64,000 nucleotides of DNA, from the NCBI GenBank assembly GCA_002633005.1, contig NMRA01000515.1, positions 124,001 through 188,000 of the forward strand. The letters run 5' to 3'. Numbering within the stretch: position 1 is the first letter of the stretch; every line of letters starts with the position of its first letter. The stretch comes from Phoronis australis (lineage: Eukaryota > Animalia > Phoronida). This document shows positions 1 to 14,302 of this stretch, in pieces. The notes under the pieces were generated by a model. The model was not told the origin of the DNA. It made no database searches and worked only from the letters and a program-made list of their open reading frames with translations. Made by a program: the position numbers and the translations under genes.

Positions 1-1101
1 CGAATGTATCAATTGCTTAAAAATAACCAACATGACACCAGAGTGACTAAGTTGAGAAATTTAAACATGATGAGTGGATCGTAAATCTACTTTTCCTGGC
101 CCCAAATCATAAACTTTGAACTCCTATTATGTGTGTGTGCTGCGTGTTTTGTTGACTTGCGTGGCAGAAGCGTATTACGGTGCAAGTTTGGACAGCCACA
201 CCCATTTAAAACAAAGGCCAGACCGGATAGTTTATTCTTGAGGGGGGAAAAACTGGTAAGTTCAGTAACTCTAGGACCTCCATAAAAAGCAAGACAGTGA
301 GATTACATAGAGATGCTGACATGAATTTTAACCGCGTGATTTTGGCTAGATGTGAGCGAGGCCCTAGCATTACTAAACTCTACCTTGGATTACCCACAAC
401 CTACAACTGGCAGCGTGTACCTCCAATGTTTCTGTCATATTTAAAATGTAGTGTGTTAAGTCATAAAGCCTGTAACTTTGATTTTTTCTGTTTCTTTATT
501 TTTGAGGGGTCTGAGGTAGTGAGAAATATTGAGTTTTGTAAACAAAATCATGGAAATGCACCTACTTCTGCAAAGAAACGCTCAAAACGCTGTGATCAAT
601 AGAGCGACATTAAACCAGCGATAACACTGATGACATGCACATGGCCATCTTTGGCAACAAATGTTTACATACTCTCTTTTCCTTCTTGATACTGTGTTAT
701 TCTTTTCCATTCTTCTTTGTAAGGAGAATTTGGACTATTCACCTGCAAGAGCAACAATTGGTTTTAAGCAATTAAAATACTTGGAACTTGAGTGTTTGAG
801 GTTTTGCTTACAACAATTGCAAGTCAGTGCTGCATTATACTTTAAACCAATATTTTGCAATATACCTTATGATACCTAACTGGTATGTACACTTTCAAAT
901 TACGACAATGTCAAATATTGCAAAAACCAAGCAGTCCCTTGGCACCTCACTCATACCCAGGGGAGCACTTTTTGCGTAATTAATCTTAAGATATTTCTTT
1001 AAAGTCCTTAACATCATGAATTTCATATAAAAAACCTCAAAAAGCAAACCCACCAACCAATGAGCTTTCAAATTAGAACACCCGCAAACATTATCTGACG
1101 A

Positions 1102-2531
1102 CATAGGCAGATTTAGGGAGGGGGGGCCTGGCCCACCCCCCTTGGCTGCCGCAAAAAAATAAAACAGCAAGAGCGTATGGAATTTTTGAGTTTATTAATT
1201 AACCCCGGTAATTAAAATTATACGGATGAAACAAGATTTAAATGTGTGCAGTTTTAATGTTGGGGGGGGGGCGGCTCAAATCCAATTTCAAGTGTCAAAT
1301 TNNNNNNNNNNNNNNNNNNNNNNNNNNNNNNNNNNNNNNNNNNNNNNNNNNNNNNNNNNNNNNNNNNNNNNNNNNNNNNNNNNNNNNNNNNNNNNNNNNN
1401 NNNNNNNNNNNNNNNNNNNNNNNNNNNNNNNNNNNNNNNNNNNNNNNNNNNNNNNNNNNNNNNNNNNNNNNNNNNNNNNNNNNNNNNNNNNNNNNNNNNN
1501 NNNNNNNNNNNNNNNNNNNNNNNNNNNNNNNNNNNNNNNNNNNNNNNNNNNNNNNNNNNNNNNNNNNNNNNNNNNNNNNNNNNNNNNNNNNNNNNNNNNN
1601 NNNNNNNNNNNNNNNNNNNNNNNNNNNNNNNNNNNNNNNNNNNNNNNNNNNNNNNNNNNNNNNNNNNNNNNNNNNNNNNNNNNNNNNNNNNNNNNNNNNN
1701 NNNNNNNNNNNNNNNNNNNNNNNNNNNNNNNNNNCAGATCCAATTTCAAGTGTCAAATTTGGAACATGGCGCATTCGTGACGGAACTATGGCTAAGTATA
1801 GGCTCTCCCGCGATATCCCAGGCGACCGGCAGTGACGCTGCGCACTACAACTCCGTTTCCGTCGTCTGCTCCGCTGTTCCATGAAGAAAATTTACTTCAT
1901 TTTTTAAAGAAAATGGAACCTGAGTAACGATGAAAAAACAGAAGCTGCAGGTAAGATGTGAATTTTAATCGAAGCCTTAGTGAATCATTCAGAAACTCAT
2001 AATTCTCTCTTTGTCAAACCTTAGCTTAAGACGATTTCCAAAGCAATCCCGCCAACACGAAAAACTGACTTGGTCTTTTGGGCATTTGAAGACTATTTTA
2101 AATACAACAAATTTGTTAAGAACCGATTTCACAAAATATAAAACGTGTAATAAGCATAACAAAAAGAAGTTGGTTTCGCGCGCAAACGCTGTGGACCATA
2201 AACAAGTAAGTCTTTCAATCTTAGATTAATAGTTAAGTCGCGGTGGTGTAGTGGTACAGCACGCGCGCTCTATCCGCCAGGTCGTGAGTTCGAGTCTGTG
2301 GTACTTTCAGTTTTTCCTGTTTGACATTTTTTTGCCTTTTTTTTCTTGGATAATACTTCAGGAATCAAGGAAAATGCTTGATTTTTAGAGGAAAAAACAG
2401 AAAATTTTCCTGGGCGGGAGGGGGGTTTGCCCATTCGGTACTATACGCATCTACAATCGTGGTTTGCGCAAATGCTTACACCCAAACAAAATGTTGGGCT
2501 CCCCCTTTGTGATATCCTAGATCCGCCACTG
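1102..2531. mobile_element. non-autonomous TIR element spanning the N gap
   Basis: Ends CATAGGCAGATTTAGG and CCTAGATCCGCCACTG form an imperfect inverted repeat; GACGA on both flanks. Confidence 0.45.
2237..2304 (+). repeat. tRNA-derived (SINE-head-like) fragment
   Basis: box A TGGTGTAGTGG and box B GTTCGAGTC, no proper acceptor stem. Confidence 0.4.
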
Positions 2532-3949
2532 GACGAAATGTTAATTAGCTAATCTTGAGTTACGAGCATTTACCGTACGGTATTAGTCGATACACACTAA
2601 GTGGAATGTGACAACCAATCACAGCATTAGTCATCCTCCATTATGTTTAGCTTGAATATTCGCTGCACATTGCAAGTTGAAAGGATCTTCTGTCAAGAAA
2701 TATGGCAAATAAGTTACTCTCAAAGAGAGAATGCCACCTGCCTCATTTCTGATTGTTTTGACTTGTTGCCCACTCTTTTTATTGCGTGTCTGTTTTCAGT
2801 AGGTCCCCTCATAAACCCCAAAACCACTTGAAGGATCACCACAAAAGGTGGCGGTGATGTTTCTTTTGCGGCAGTATAACTGATACATTAACTTTTCAAA
2901 AGATCCAGCTATTGTGGTGCTCTCTAGAGGCAGTATTTAGTTTTCTTTGAGTCTGCCTCAATATTTATCGAGTTTTTAACATACCATCTACAGAGGAGAA
3001 CATATTAACTGCATGGCTTTGACTTTCACACAAAGATCCAACCATTATGGTGCTCCCTAATGGCATAGAGTATTGGATGTATTGGATGTATTGGATGGAT
3101 GTATCTGACTAATCATTCTAGTTTCCTCAATATCTGCTGTCAGTTCTGTGATGGATCTCCAGAAAATTTCATATGTCCATATCATGGAATGTACGAAATT
3201 AGTTTAATTTTGGACAGATCAGATGATTGCTTTGCTCATTTAGCAATTTTATTTTTTGCAGCTGCATGACTGTCTAATAGACTATATGAAAGCACAAAAA
3301 GATAGTTATGGAACCTAGCATTTATAGTTGCCATGCGATTGGATAACGGGATTGGATAACATCCAAGACATCAATAAAGTTTGGATTAATCTGGATAGTG
3401 GTGCTCCCTATTGGCAATTTTACTTTTTTGGCACCCAGCTCTGTCACATTGCCAGATACTTTGAACATTACTGTGCCTGTGCTAAATCTGTCAGTCTCCC
3501 ATTAGATATACAAAGGAAAAAAATTTAGCAAATTGAAAGGCATGCGAGATAACTACAAAATTTGCAGATAGAGACGTGTTACAGAGTGCATGTAGAACTC
3601 TAGAAATGTGTCCAAATTTGGCTAACTTCGGAACATCATCTTAGAAATGGCAGACAAGTTTTATGTGAAACTTTCATACTTTACTTTATGGGTTGTTTTC
3701 CAAAACGCAGTTAGGAATTGTTTTTAAAATGTTCCATTTTGGCATGGAGGCTATGACTAGTTGCATGAAAAATTTAGTTGCCATGAAAAGAATCCTTCGC
3801 TGGTATTTTTAAAATTTCCTTTTGACCATTTTTAAGTAGCGTATGTGAGTAATGTAGTTAGTTTGTGAAAATTATACACACTTATAGGTTTTTGAATTTT
3901 TGATAATCCGACAAGAAATGAGACCTTTAGAACCTAAAGCCCTTTCATA

Positions 3950-6850
3950 CTAACTTAACTCTGGTATGAGCGGAATGTCAACGTAAACTTTGAAGTTAAT
4001 TGAATATACCAGCTTCCCTAGTTAATGGCATCGAAGTAAACGGTAGCACTCATGCATCCTGTGTATGATGAGCTTTTTTTAATTTGACAATTTGGGGAAA
4101 TTTACAGGTGCTAACTGATATAAAACTGATTTCTAATTTGATTGGTGATAATTTCAGCAAAACATAGCAACTATTACCGTAATCGTTCGGGTTAACGCCC
4201 TGGGCGGTTACATTTGCGAATCCAAAAAATCGGGGGAGGGCGGTTAACAGAGCAGTGGGCGGTTAAATCGAAAATCCACCTAAAGTAGGGGATGGGCGGT
4301 TAACCGAACATGGGCGCTTATTACGACAGACAACCGCCCTGGGCGGTTAATCTTACCTGGCGATCTAAATCCCGACACGACAATCATACTCGGAACGTGT
4401 AGCCCTTTTCAAAGAGCTTTATCGTCACGTCGCNNNNNNNNACTACAAACTGATGGTGAAACCATCACGTGACTACATAACATAACACGTGTTCTCTAAA
4501 AATAGTACATGACGTAAACTAAATCATTCATACATCACACCCAACAAAGGTTCTCTTGCCCTCAGATTAGTCATTCACTATTAAATTTACAAAATTGCTG
4601 AGTAATAGCCCCGTGCCGTCCTGCGGTGCGCAGACGACCAGTGACCACGCAGCCTCCACTAGAATTAAAACTGTTTCAAGATGTGACCCTGCTTAAGTGC
4701 ACGCGTGCAAGCTTCACGTGTTGCAGAGGTCAGACATCAAACTTATGGTTACAGTCTCGTACTGTATGTAGCTGTCAAGTTCTGACTCAGAGAGCAGTTT
4801 TAAAATTGGTTGTAATAAAAGTTTGAAAAACCTAACTCTGCTGTTTTTTTGTGTTTGGGATGTCGACACTCCGTGACTCAATGACATTTTCAGTGTATGG
4901 TTCTGCGGCTAGCTGTCTTATCTCGACAGCCCGACATTGCTCTATTGCCGTTGCACCAAACATGCTATGCAAAGAAGTAATACAAGGGGTGGTCGAGCCA
5001 GTCGTCGATCAAGAATAAAATTTCAAGCAACTGCATAAATATGTTACAAAATGAGAAAACAGCAATGTTTCAATTCATTATTCAAAACGATCACCTTACC
5101 AAACTTCGTGATGGAAAAACATTTATTTTTCATGCAAGATGTCCAGATTATCCTATTTATATCACTTATAATATCGCACTGCGGCACTGTTCGGTCCCGC
5201 TGTTATCGCGCAATGTCTCAGTCGGCTGTCAATCGTCACTTGGAAATGCCGTCAAGTAATATAACGGCCTCTTTCAATATGCATCTCGTTTTTTATGGCC
5301 AAAGATAGTGGCGGTATTCAGCATGCACGCAGGGCCTATGTGTGAGTCACCTGTCAATCACATGTTGGTGTCAAGGTAACATGCACTCCAAAGTGTAGGA
5401 ACTTGTGCACGTGCACCACTACAAATCAGTCACACATAGCGACAGTCCGAAGCAACAAAAACAGGCGTGACTATGTGCTTTTAAGCTGTTGTTACGAAAG
5501 ACCCAGTTCTTTACGATATTCCTCCGTTGCCAATGTTCCCCAAAACTGCGATGTCAAGTCTATTCCCATATTTCCCGGCTCGATGCTCCCTAAGCCCATC
5601 CCTGTAACTAGCTGCGAATCTCCTACCCACTATTGTCAAGCAGTCTACGTCGTAGATATTTCAGACTCGAATGGTAAGAATTTTTGTTCAGGCTGAAAAT
5701 GGCCAATGTGTAAACAAAATTATTCTGGATGGCTAAAAAGGGGATGTGGAAACGATAATTCACAGTCACGCTTACGTGGGGGCTGACGCAAGAAATAGAA
5801 AAGAACAGCCAGCGACATTAGTTAAATCTGATAACCAGTTTGACTGAGATGCAATAAGCGAAAAACAAAATTTGACTAGCCATTTTTTATTACTTCAAGA
5901 TCATACACAAACATACATTATTGCCAACGTTTGAATTCAGAAATCGACAGGCAGCAACGAAATCGGTAACCCAGTAAGGCACTTGCACTGTCCCTTCGGT
6001 CCCCCCACATCTTCTATAACCCGGCAGTTATATTCATCAAAATATTGAGAATTTGACATCTTTCCGTGAGTTGTGAAATTTGTTCAAAATACGAGAGCTT
6101 CCCACCTTAATAGAATTTGGAGGGTTGGCAAAACCATTGTCACATTTCTCTGGCCTGATTTTTTCGAATATATGTTTTATCTAGTGCACTGCAGACGGAC
6201 ACTCAGCACGGCAGACAAAGTCGCTGAAAGAGGAGGTTTTGATGCCGGATGCGTTCTTAAACTTTGCAAACAAGGGAAGAAAATAAAGTGACAAAAAGGT
6301 TCAAGTATTATATTTTGAAGTGAGTTCATGACCCAAGACAATAACTCGTTACCTGTATTGTAATTCAGATTGCTAAACCACCGTCTCGGAGTCCCGGCAT
6401 CGTTGCACTCATTGTGATCATTGATCTTTTTCTAAAAGTCGGGGAATCACGCGTTTCCTTAGCACTAGGCGCTAAATCTTCATTCTTTAAAAGTCGGGGA
6501 TGGGCGCTTAACCGAGAAGTGGGCGCTTAACTGGAAATCTTCAAAAATCGCAGGGGGGCACTTAACCGAGCAGTGGGCGGTTAAATCGAAAATCCACTTA
6601 AAGTCAGGGATGGGCGGTTAACTGAGCATGGGTGTTAACCCGAACGATTACGGTAGCTAAGACACTGCCCTTTAATTGGTGACTATTGACAACAGTGGCC
6701 CCTGGCAATAACTTCAATGAGACTGAAGTTAACCGCTCATACTGCAACGCAGTGTCACCGCACTGCTGATAAATCTACCTATTTACTGCGAAGTTAACTG
6801 GCGCTGTTCATACTGACTGCAACTCCCCAAAACATCCACGAGTCAACATT
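3950..6850 (+). repeat. older dispersed repeat split by the 4177-6653 insertion
   Basis: 3950-4170 plus 6656-6850 are collinear with an uninterrupted copy at about 43826-44353. Confidence 0.6.
4177..6653. mobile_element. non-autonomous Tc1/mariner-pogo-type DNA transposon
   Basis: TIR CCGTAATCGTTCGGGTTAAC at both ends, TA flanks, subterminal GGGCGGTTAA repeats; no transposase ORF. Confidence 0.8.
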
Positions 6851-9179
6851 AAAAGACCTTTAAACTAGAAATATAAGTCCATGCCCCTCTACAGTCAATA
6901 TTCTGCATCATTAAATCTGCTGTGCCACAACTAATGGATCAATCAACACCAAAGGTCATAAACCAGCAGTTGGAAACAGGAAAGTCTCATATGTTACAAT
7001 AGCTGATTTTCGAAATAGCACTATCCTGCCAGACAGCGATCAGATCTTAGATAGACATACGTTCAGCGCCACCTACAGAATCCATGGAAAGCTGACGGGT
7101 CAGTTATCAACCTCCTGGTATAACAGCGTTTTAATACCTTTCCTACACAAATGCTGGCAAATTTCCACCGCTGGGTGGTGGGTTCACAGAAAAATGCAAA
7201 CCCCTTGATACATCCATCGATGAAGGACATTATGTTTCATATACTTTTCCCACTGCGAAGAAGATTCCCCGCACCCTGCGAAGCCTTAGAACTGCAACTG
7301 CTAAAGCTGGAGAATTCAATAGCAGCCAATGATAAAAACTAAAATAAATTAGTGACCTTAACCTAGTTAAACAATGGGAGGAACTGACAGTGAGTTATAA
7401 TCCTCTATTTTTAAATTAATGAACCACAAACTAGTATTTTAATTTCTGTCCACCAAATCTGAATTGGGATCAAGTGGAGGTTACTTTTGCAATCTCAATA
7501 CTCTAGAGAGCACAACAAGAAAAGTCTGGTATTCTGGGCATGCCATAAAACCAATAAAAAATGATATTTTAGAAAACCGTAAGAGAGATTTGATATCCCA
7601 TTACTTTACATTTATATCAAAATTTGATTGTGCTATTAATACAATTGTTTTGCTATCAATGTACTGTTCTTTTTGATAAATTTTACTGAAAAGGCACGTT
7701 CATACAGTGATTCAATAAATTGCACATTGTTAAGAAGTCAAAAATCAATTTTACTAACTTTCCATTTTCTGAAAATAATTTTACTGAGTTAAAACCTACA
7801 CTTTTGTAGATATTTGGCCCACTACGCAGACAAATGCCTCTAAGTGCTGGACTTGTAGTAGCAGTTACAACTTACAAATCTTGAATGTCCATCTCTAACT
7901 AGTATAGATCTACCAAATGCTTACACAATTATATTTTGGATGACTTGCTTTGCTCCCCATGGCGGCTATTTTAAGTTTGCTGGGATATTGCTACCTCTGC
8001 ATAGCTGATTGTTGAGTTTGCAATGAATATTCAACAGAATAGATAATCAGCAGCAAACCAAATTCCCTGAGGTCCTGTACATGCAGTTCAATTCATTAAG
8101 ACCTGTGCATCAAGGACTAATGAATGACACTCATGTCAGACCTGGAATAGCAATATATTTCTGTTGAGACATATAATCCATCATGCCCTGATTGCTTGAG
8201 ATAGCCAGACAGCAAGTGGGGTACACATACTGGTAGAATATAAGCAATTTCACAGAAGATAATAGCCAAAATTGCCCACTGTTCATTTTCAAAGCCTTAG
8301 GATAGAATACAAAATTGCAAAAGTCAATAAGAGATCACATTTTTCAGATAAATATGGCGAGTGTAAATTTCATTTGGAAAAAAATGGTCATGAGCTTACA
8401 CAGAGATTGAAAGAATTCCAAGGTATGCGCTACCTCTAAATTACACTTTCCCACCCATTAACCCCAATGTACCACCAGACATATCTATGCCCCTCAAGAA
8501 AAATACTCCACTATGGACCAAATCCCACATCTGAGGAAAAAACTGGAGACCCTGGCCTGGGTTTGGGCGAGGAATATGGTCCCCACGTATGCAGTTCGAT
8601 TGTAACTGAGCTCAGACAATTTTGTGCTTGTATTAAGAGTTTAGGGGTGCATGAAATGGAATTTGCCATGTTGGTGTGGTCTACGACGACCGTTCAGGGG
8701 ATCATAACTGGAATTTAGAGGTGTGGCCATGGAAATTTGTTTCCATGATATATGACACGAAATTTCAAATTTAACATATTCCAGTGCCATCCAAATTTTA
8801 TGCTGAGTACCCCGGCTAGGTTTCACTGTGTGAGGACAAAACTGCCATACACAAAAAATACAATGTAGATAAAGCAGAGAAAATACAATGTAGATAAAGC
8901 AGAGGATCCACTTTAAAACATCCAGTTAGTCCATCAGCAAGTTGCCCTTTTAGACAAAAGAGATGACAGAAATGCACAAACGAATTTGTTAGTCAAATTT
9001 CATGAAAAAGCATCGAGGAACTGAATTTACAGCGGCACAAGTAAAAAATAAGCACAGCTGTAGTTGGATTGGTCTGAAACTGTCATCAGTTGCATCTCCA
9101 TAGGCACATATCAGGAAGATACAGCAGTGGATGCAAAAAAAATTTCAATGGGGGGGCAGAGTTGTTGAACACATCCGAA

Positions 9180-10460
9180 AATCAACATTTCTCATCAGGA
9201 ACACATCTCCAAATTTTAGAAATGACCTTCAAGCAGTTTGGTGGACAGAGAGGGTGATGTCAAAAACGTACTAAGAAGGTAAAAATGGCAACAGAGTGGC
9301 GTAGAATGTCAAATCTCCTTGGAAATGAGAAGGCATCGCCTCCTCCTTAATAGAAACCTATTTATTACATTCCATAAAAAATCTGCAAGAGTTTCAAAGA
9401 AACAGAGGACAACAAAAAAATGCCACAAGGGGAGGCACAGCAGTCATCGGTTCAATTCAAATGTCGTCGTTGTCCGAAGTCAACTTCATAAATACACTTG
9501 CCAAATTTAATAAAGATCCTCCAGAGGGTTTGAGAGATACACCTATAGATGCAAAACACTGCCACTAGGAAGCGTCGCAGAAGTCCAAGTGGTCCAACAA
9601 TCATCATCAGCCACCTTCATAACAATAAAAAAAAAAAAACGCCAATTTTCATCCTTAGAGTAGTTTGGTTGATAGAGGGGGGATGCCAAAACAGACTAGA
9701 AAACAGTATAAATGACCACTAGTTGGTGCACAATAAGTCAGATTCATTGGAAAATGGGTACATATCACTGTTTTTTAAATAGAAAGCTATTTACTAAATT
9801 TCATAGAAATCCGTCTCGGAACTTCAGAGAAACAGAGGAAAATGAAAAAAAGAAATTGCCACTAGGAGCACAGCATTCGTCGGATCCGTCTGAAAGTCAT
9901 ATAAATACACTTGTTACATTTAATAAAGATCCTACAGTGGGTTCAGGAGAAACAGCAAGGGGCACAAAAACTGCCACTAGGAGATGCCACAGAGTTCGAA
10001 GTCATGGGAAAATCATCAACCATACTCTTCACAGTAACACCATATATGCCAATTTTCCCAATCATCTTTAGAGTGCTTTGGTTGATAGAGGGGCAAGACT
10101 CAAAAACAGAAAAAATGGCCACTAGGTGGCACAAAATACCTCAAATCCATCCAAAAATGAGAGGATAGCATCATCTCACTAACTGATGCCTATGTGCCAA
10201 ATTTCACGTAAATCCATTGACCTTTGAAGTTACAGCGCAGTAAACGTAAAAAACTAAAATTGCCACTAGGTGGCACACCGACAGTCAGATCCATCTGAAA
10301 TTTGTCGTCAGCTCCATAGGAACACATCTGCCAAAAGTAATTAAGATCCTGTGAGGGGTTTAGAAGGTACAGGTGTGGATGCCGGACACCCAGACGACGG
10401 ATGCCCAGACAGAGATGACAGCAACATGCACCCACATATTAATATGTGGGCACATAAAAC
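9180..10460 (-). mobile_element. HINE/DINE-1-like element with internal roughly 150-bp repeats
   Basis: repeated TGCCACTAGG units, terminal stem-loop CCCACATATTAATATGTGGG; reverse-complement relative of 30883-32030. Confidence 0.55.
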
Positions 10461-11164
10461 ACACCATGTAAAACCAGAACACAAGTGTTTTTTGTTTTAG
10501 ACATGTAACAATACAGTGAACCAAGACCTGATCTAATTTGTATTGATTTGCAATACTCAGCTAAAGTGTGAATCAATAATACTGAGGGTGGGGGGAAAAG
10601 AAAGCAAAGGCAAAAAAAACTGAAATGAGCTGAAGACAAATGGTGAGAATAGAAGATGTAAAAATTATTTAGTCCCAGGAGTTTTGAATGACCAATGTAT
10701 CACTAATTAGATCTTGAAAGCTAAATTAGAAGCAAACTCATATCAAGTTAGCCACCCTGACTCAAAACTCCCAGTAAACTTGATCTGATGGTTCTGTCAG
10801 CTTGGTTACAAGAATGGTAACCAGCTGTATTAAGGTTGTATAGGACCTCCTCCACAAAACTGTACATTTAGTCAAACAGCTGAAAACTATAGTATTTAAC
10901 TCACCAAAAACACATATTTTCTGATAGTAGCAATTCCATGAAATTTACTATTTGTCTTTATACCATTCTGGCACTACTTAGGTCACATGACCTTGTTTTT
11001 TGTGAAAGAGAAAGATACATTCATAGCAAAACAACAGTATGAATAACATGAGCAAATTTTGTATGATGTAAATATTTAAGATAAAATCTCAAAAATGCTG
11101 TCATAGACTTTTAAATTATCTGATGAAAGCTAATCCACCATGATAGTAGACTCATATAATAAAA

Positions 11165-11372
11165 GTTAAGATTGTTTTCATGACTAAGATGAAAACCATT
11201 TGTGAGATATTTCGACTGGCAACCCACCATCTTGATCACTCTCTGGGTGGCATTGTCTTAAGACTCGTTCAGACTACAACAACGCCACCCAGAGAGTGAT
11301 CAAGACGGTGGGATGCTGGTTGAAATATCTCACAAATGATTTTAATCTTAGTTGTGAGTACAGACTTAATTT
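11165..11372. repeat. palindromic MITE-like hairpin
   Basis: long inverted arms, e.g. CATTTGTGAGATATTTC...GAAATATCTCACAAATG. Confidence 0.7.
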
Positions 11373-12173
11373 ACTTTACTTCCAAATTATCATTTTGTTT
11401 CATGCAAGTTTTTTCGTAAAAATCATATACAAGACCTGTTTGATAGCTCCTCATACAAACGTGGAACACTGAAAAAACAATCCCTAGAAAATTTGAAGAG
11501 CAGCACATGAAATTCAGTAGCTGAAAGTTTAATGTGAATTCAGTTAGCTAATTGTAAGATATGATGTTCTCAAGTTGGCCAAAGTTGAACATTTTTCTAG
11601 GGTTCTACATTAACCAAGCAATGGCATCCAACCCAGAACATAAACTGATACAATGGGTTTCAAGGATAGCACTGCAATGGGTGTAAAATGGTAAAATGAC
11701 AAAAGGTAAAGAAGGCATATTTGTACGAGAAAAGGAAGATTTTTGGAATATTTCTGACCTGCTTGTCTTGGCAAGGTCAATTCTATCCCTACATCTCTGA
11801 CGTGGGGTTGCCTCTTCAAACAAATTATTGAAATGGTCAACCCACAAAAATATCAGTCATGCATCCAAACAACTTCTGTGATTAAAAAAGATTTGCGAAA
11901 AACACGGTTTCATGATTTGGCAGTATAACCACTGTAACCAACATAGAGCACTAGAGCACAAGGGAAATCTAAGGGAAATTTATATTTTCTTTTTCTTATT
12001 TGCAACAGACATGTAGTACTAATCCAATGCTTTACCAGTTTTGAACAACTATAAACACAGTTCTCATCTCGAAAACAACTTTCTTCGCACACTTATTTAC
12101 ATTTCCAAAAATGATCATGTTTTTCTCTATACAAATCCCATGCATCAATATCTTGAACTTTATACTTCCAAGC

Positions 12174-12428
12174 TGAAATGTACATGCCGGGACCTGAAAC
12201 TCATTGATTTGAGTCTGAAATGTACACACCAGGACCTAAAACTTAGTGATCCGAGTTTGAAATGTACACGGCGAGATCTGAAACTTAGTGATCCGAGTTT
12301 GAAATGTACACGCCCGACCTGAAACTTAGTGATCCGAGTTTGAAATGTACACGCTGGAACCTGAAACTTAGTGATCCAAGTTTGAAATGAACACGGCGCG
12401 ATCTGAAACTTAGTGATCCGAGTCTGAA
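12174..12428. repeat. 41-42 bp minisatellite, about 6 copies
   Basis: unit GAAACTTAGTGATCCGAGTTTGAAATGTACACG...CT. Confidence 0.9.
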
Positions 12429-13289
12429 GCAGTAATGAGCTGTCAGCCCTTCTCAAGCCCTGAGATCAGTTCTAAACTGAGTAAAGAATGAGATGAGACT
12501 GATTTTAATTACACTTAAGTGTCGTCCACTCACAAGACTTACCCTAGAAAAAGTTTCTCCTGGAACGGGTTGTCACGAGGCTTGGGGGCTGTCTAGATGC
12601 TATTTAAACTGGTGCAACTTGCCCCACTTGTGACAAGACGAACTTACAATTGCCGATTTGTCACAGAGTGTCACGACATTGATAACTTCAAACCATTTCG
12701 TAACCTTCCGTGATGAACTCATCGAATAATTCCGTGCCGTCCTTGACCTCGAACCGTCCAAGGAGGCTCGATGCGTTGGCTTTTTGGGAACATTTTTGTG
12801 CTTTGACCGCGAATTTGTTGCGATCCCTCGGAAGCAGGACACCGTGAATGGTATTAGAACAAAGAACAATTGCTAATGGTTTGTTGAAACCTTGTTTTGT
12901 GTAAATTTATTGAGTTTTGTGTTTGATATGGACGGCTGAAGTGAAGCACCCACGGAATTTCTGATGGGGAGTGTCATATACCTTGTAGTATTACCTAGTG
13001 TATTGGGGACGATCAGAAGTTGAGGACGCCTGTGATCCAGGTAGGGTAACTTGTACTGGGGTAATTTGCACCACTTCTAATTACTGCGTGGTTGCAAACT
13101 GGCCGGGACAATGCGGAAGTAATTATGAACTGCAGTTACACACAGATGGGTCTTCTTCTGCGCACAGTATTTGCATCAGCTGTTCTTTGTTGTGGTACAC
13201 GGAGCGACAACTTCTACCTTATACCAGTTATCAGATACGTGTGGAAAGGCAAAACAAATATTTGATAACACGATAACTACTCATTGCTA

Positions 13290-13358
13290 CATACATACAT
13301 ACATGCATACCTACATAGTTATATACATACAAGCATACATACATACATACATATATAC
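13290..13358. repeat. (ATAC)n microsatellite, degenerate
   Basis: visible ATAC/ATAT runs. Confidence 0.8.
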
Positions 13359-14077
13359 AAACACACATGAGTACAGTGGGGGGCCATTTACAACTCAGAC
13401 AGCAACAAAATGTTGTAATTGTCAACATCATTCATCCTTGACCTTCTGCGGTGTCTCGTGATTTGTCAGTTTTATAACTTCCCGACTGTTTGTTTTATTA
13501 CAGGGATGAGCGCCTAGACTGGATTTTATTCGAGCTCGGGTAGAGTAGAGCTCTGTGTTTTAACTATAGTGATCAGTCTTCTAGAAGCCTACAGCTAGCA
13601 AACCTCTTGGAATGCAACATCTGTAATTGAAATCTTCAAACTTTAAATGTTTGTACATAAATCTTGGAAATTGTATTTTTAAGTCATTGACAACAGACAT
13701 GAAATTTTCCTGAAAATTAAATTTGTCACATCATGTCCATCAATTTTGACAAAAATATATCCAAAATGAAAAGCTCTAATGAGCCTATGGTCTTGTACAA
13801 GATCCACTGATCATACAAAATTAAAAAACCTCGTTAAATCACAATCCCAAATGCAGAAAGGTGATGTCTTCTGGCTCTTTCTTACAAAATGTAGGCCTAC
13901 AGAGTTCGCCATTTTAACTCTGATCTTGGACAACAGTACACCAATGACCAATGTACAACACCATTACCAAACACCATTCATGTCACAGGACGCGACAATT
14001 ATCTACCTCGGACCACAACACTGGCACATAACAAACACACAGTAAACAAGAATAGAAAAAAATGACTCAAAACTCAC

Positions 14078-14302
14078 AACAGGCATCAAGTGTTCCAGCT
14101 TCACTTTCTTCATCTTGTTCCTCTTAAGAAACGACTTCTGTTTTCTGAAATCAACTGGCCCCTTCATGCTGGCCTTGGCTGAACCGCTGATCCTGGTCCA
14201 TGATTCCTTCTGATACTGAATTTGTTTTTTCTTGTGAGGTTTTTTGGCGTAGGTAATCACTATAATGACCATAAAGGTCAACACCACCGGGAAAACCTTC
14301 AT
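14078..14302 (-). CDS. first coding exon of an unidentified secreted, basic protein
   Basis: MKVFPVVLTFMVIIVITYA signal-peptide-like start, Lys-rich continuation, GTGAGT donor at phase 0; downstream exons not resolved. Confidence 0.5.

Noticed and set aside
1226-1882. Long ORFs in the supplied track
   Set aside because: They consist of the N gap translated as X.
12635-12960. Coding-like insert within a MITE-like repeat
   Set aside because: Interrupted by stop codons and has no recognisable motif; possibly a retroelement 3' fragment.
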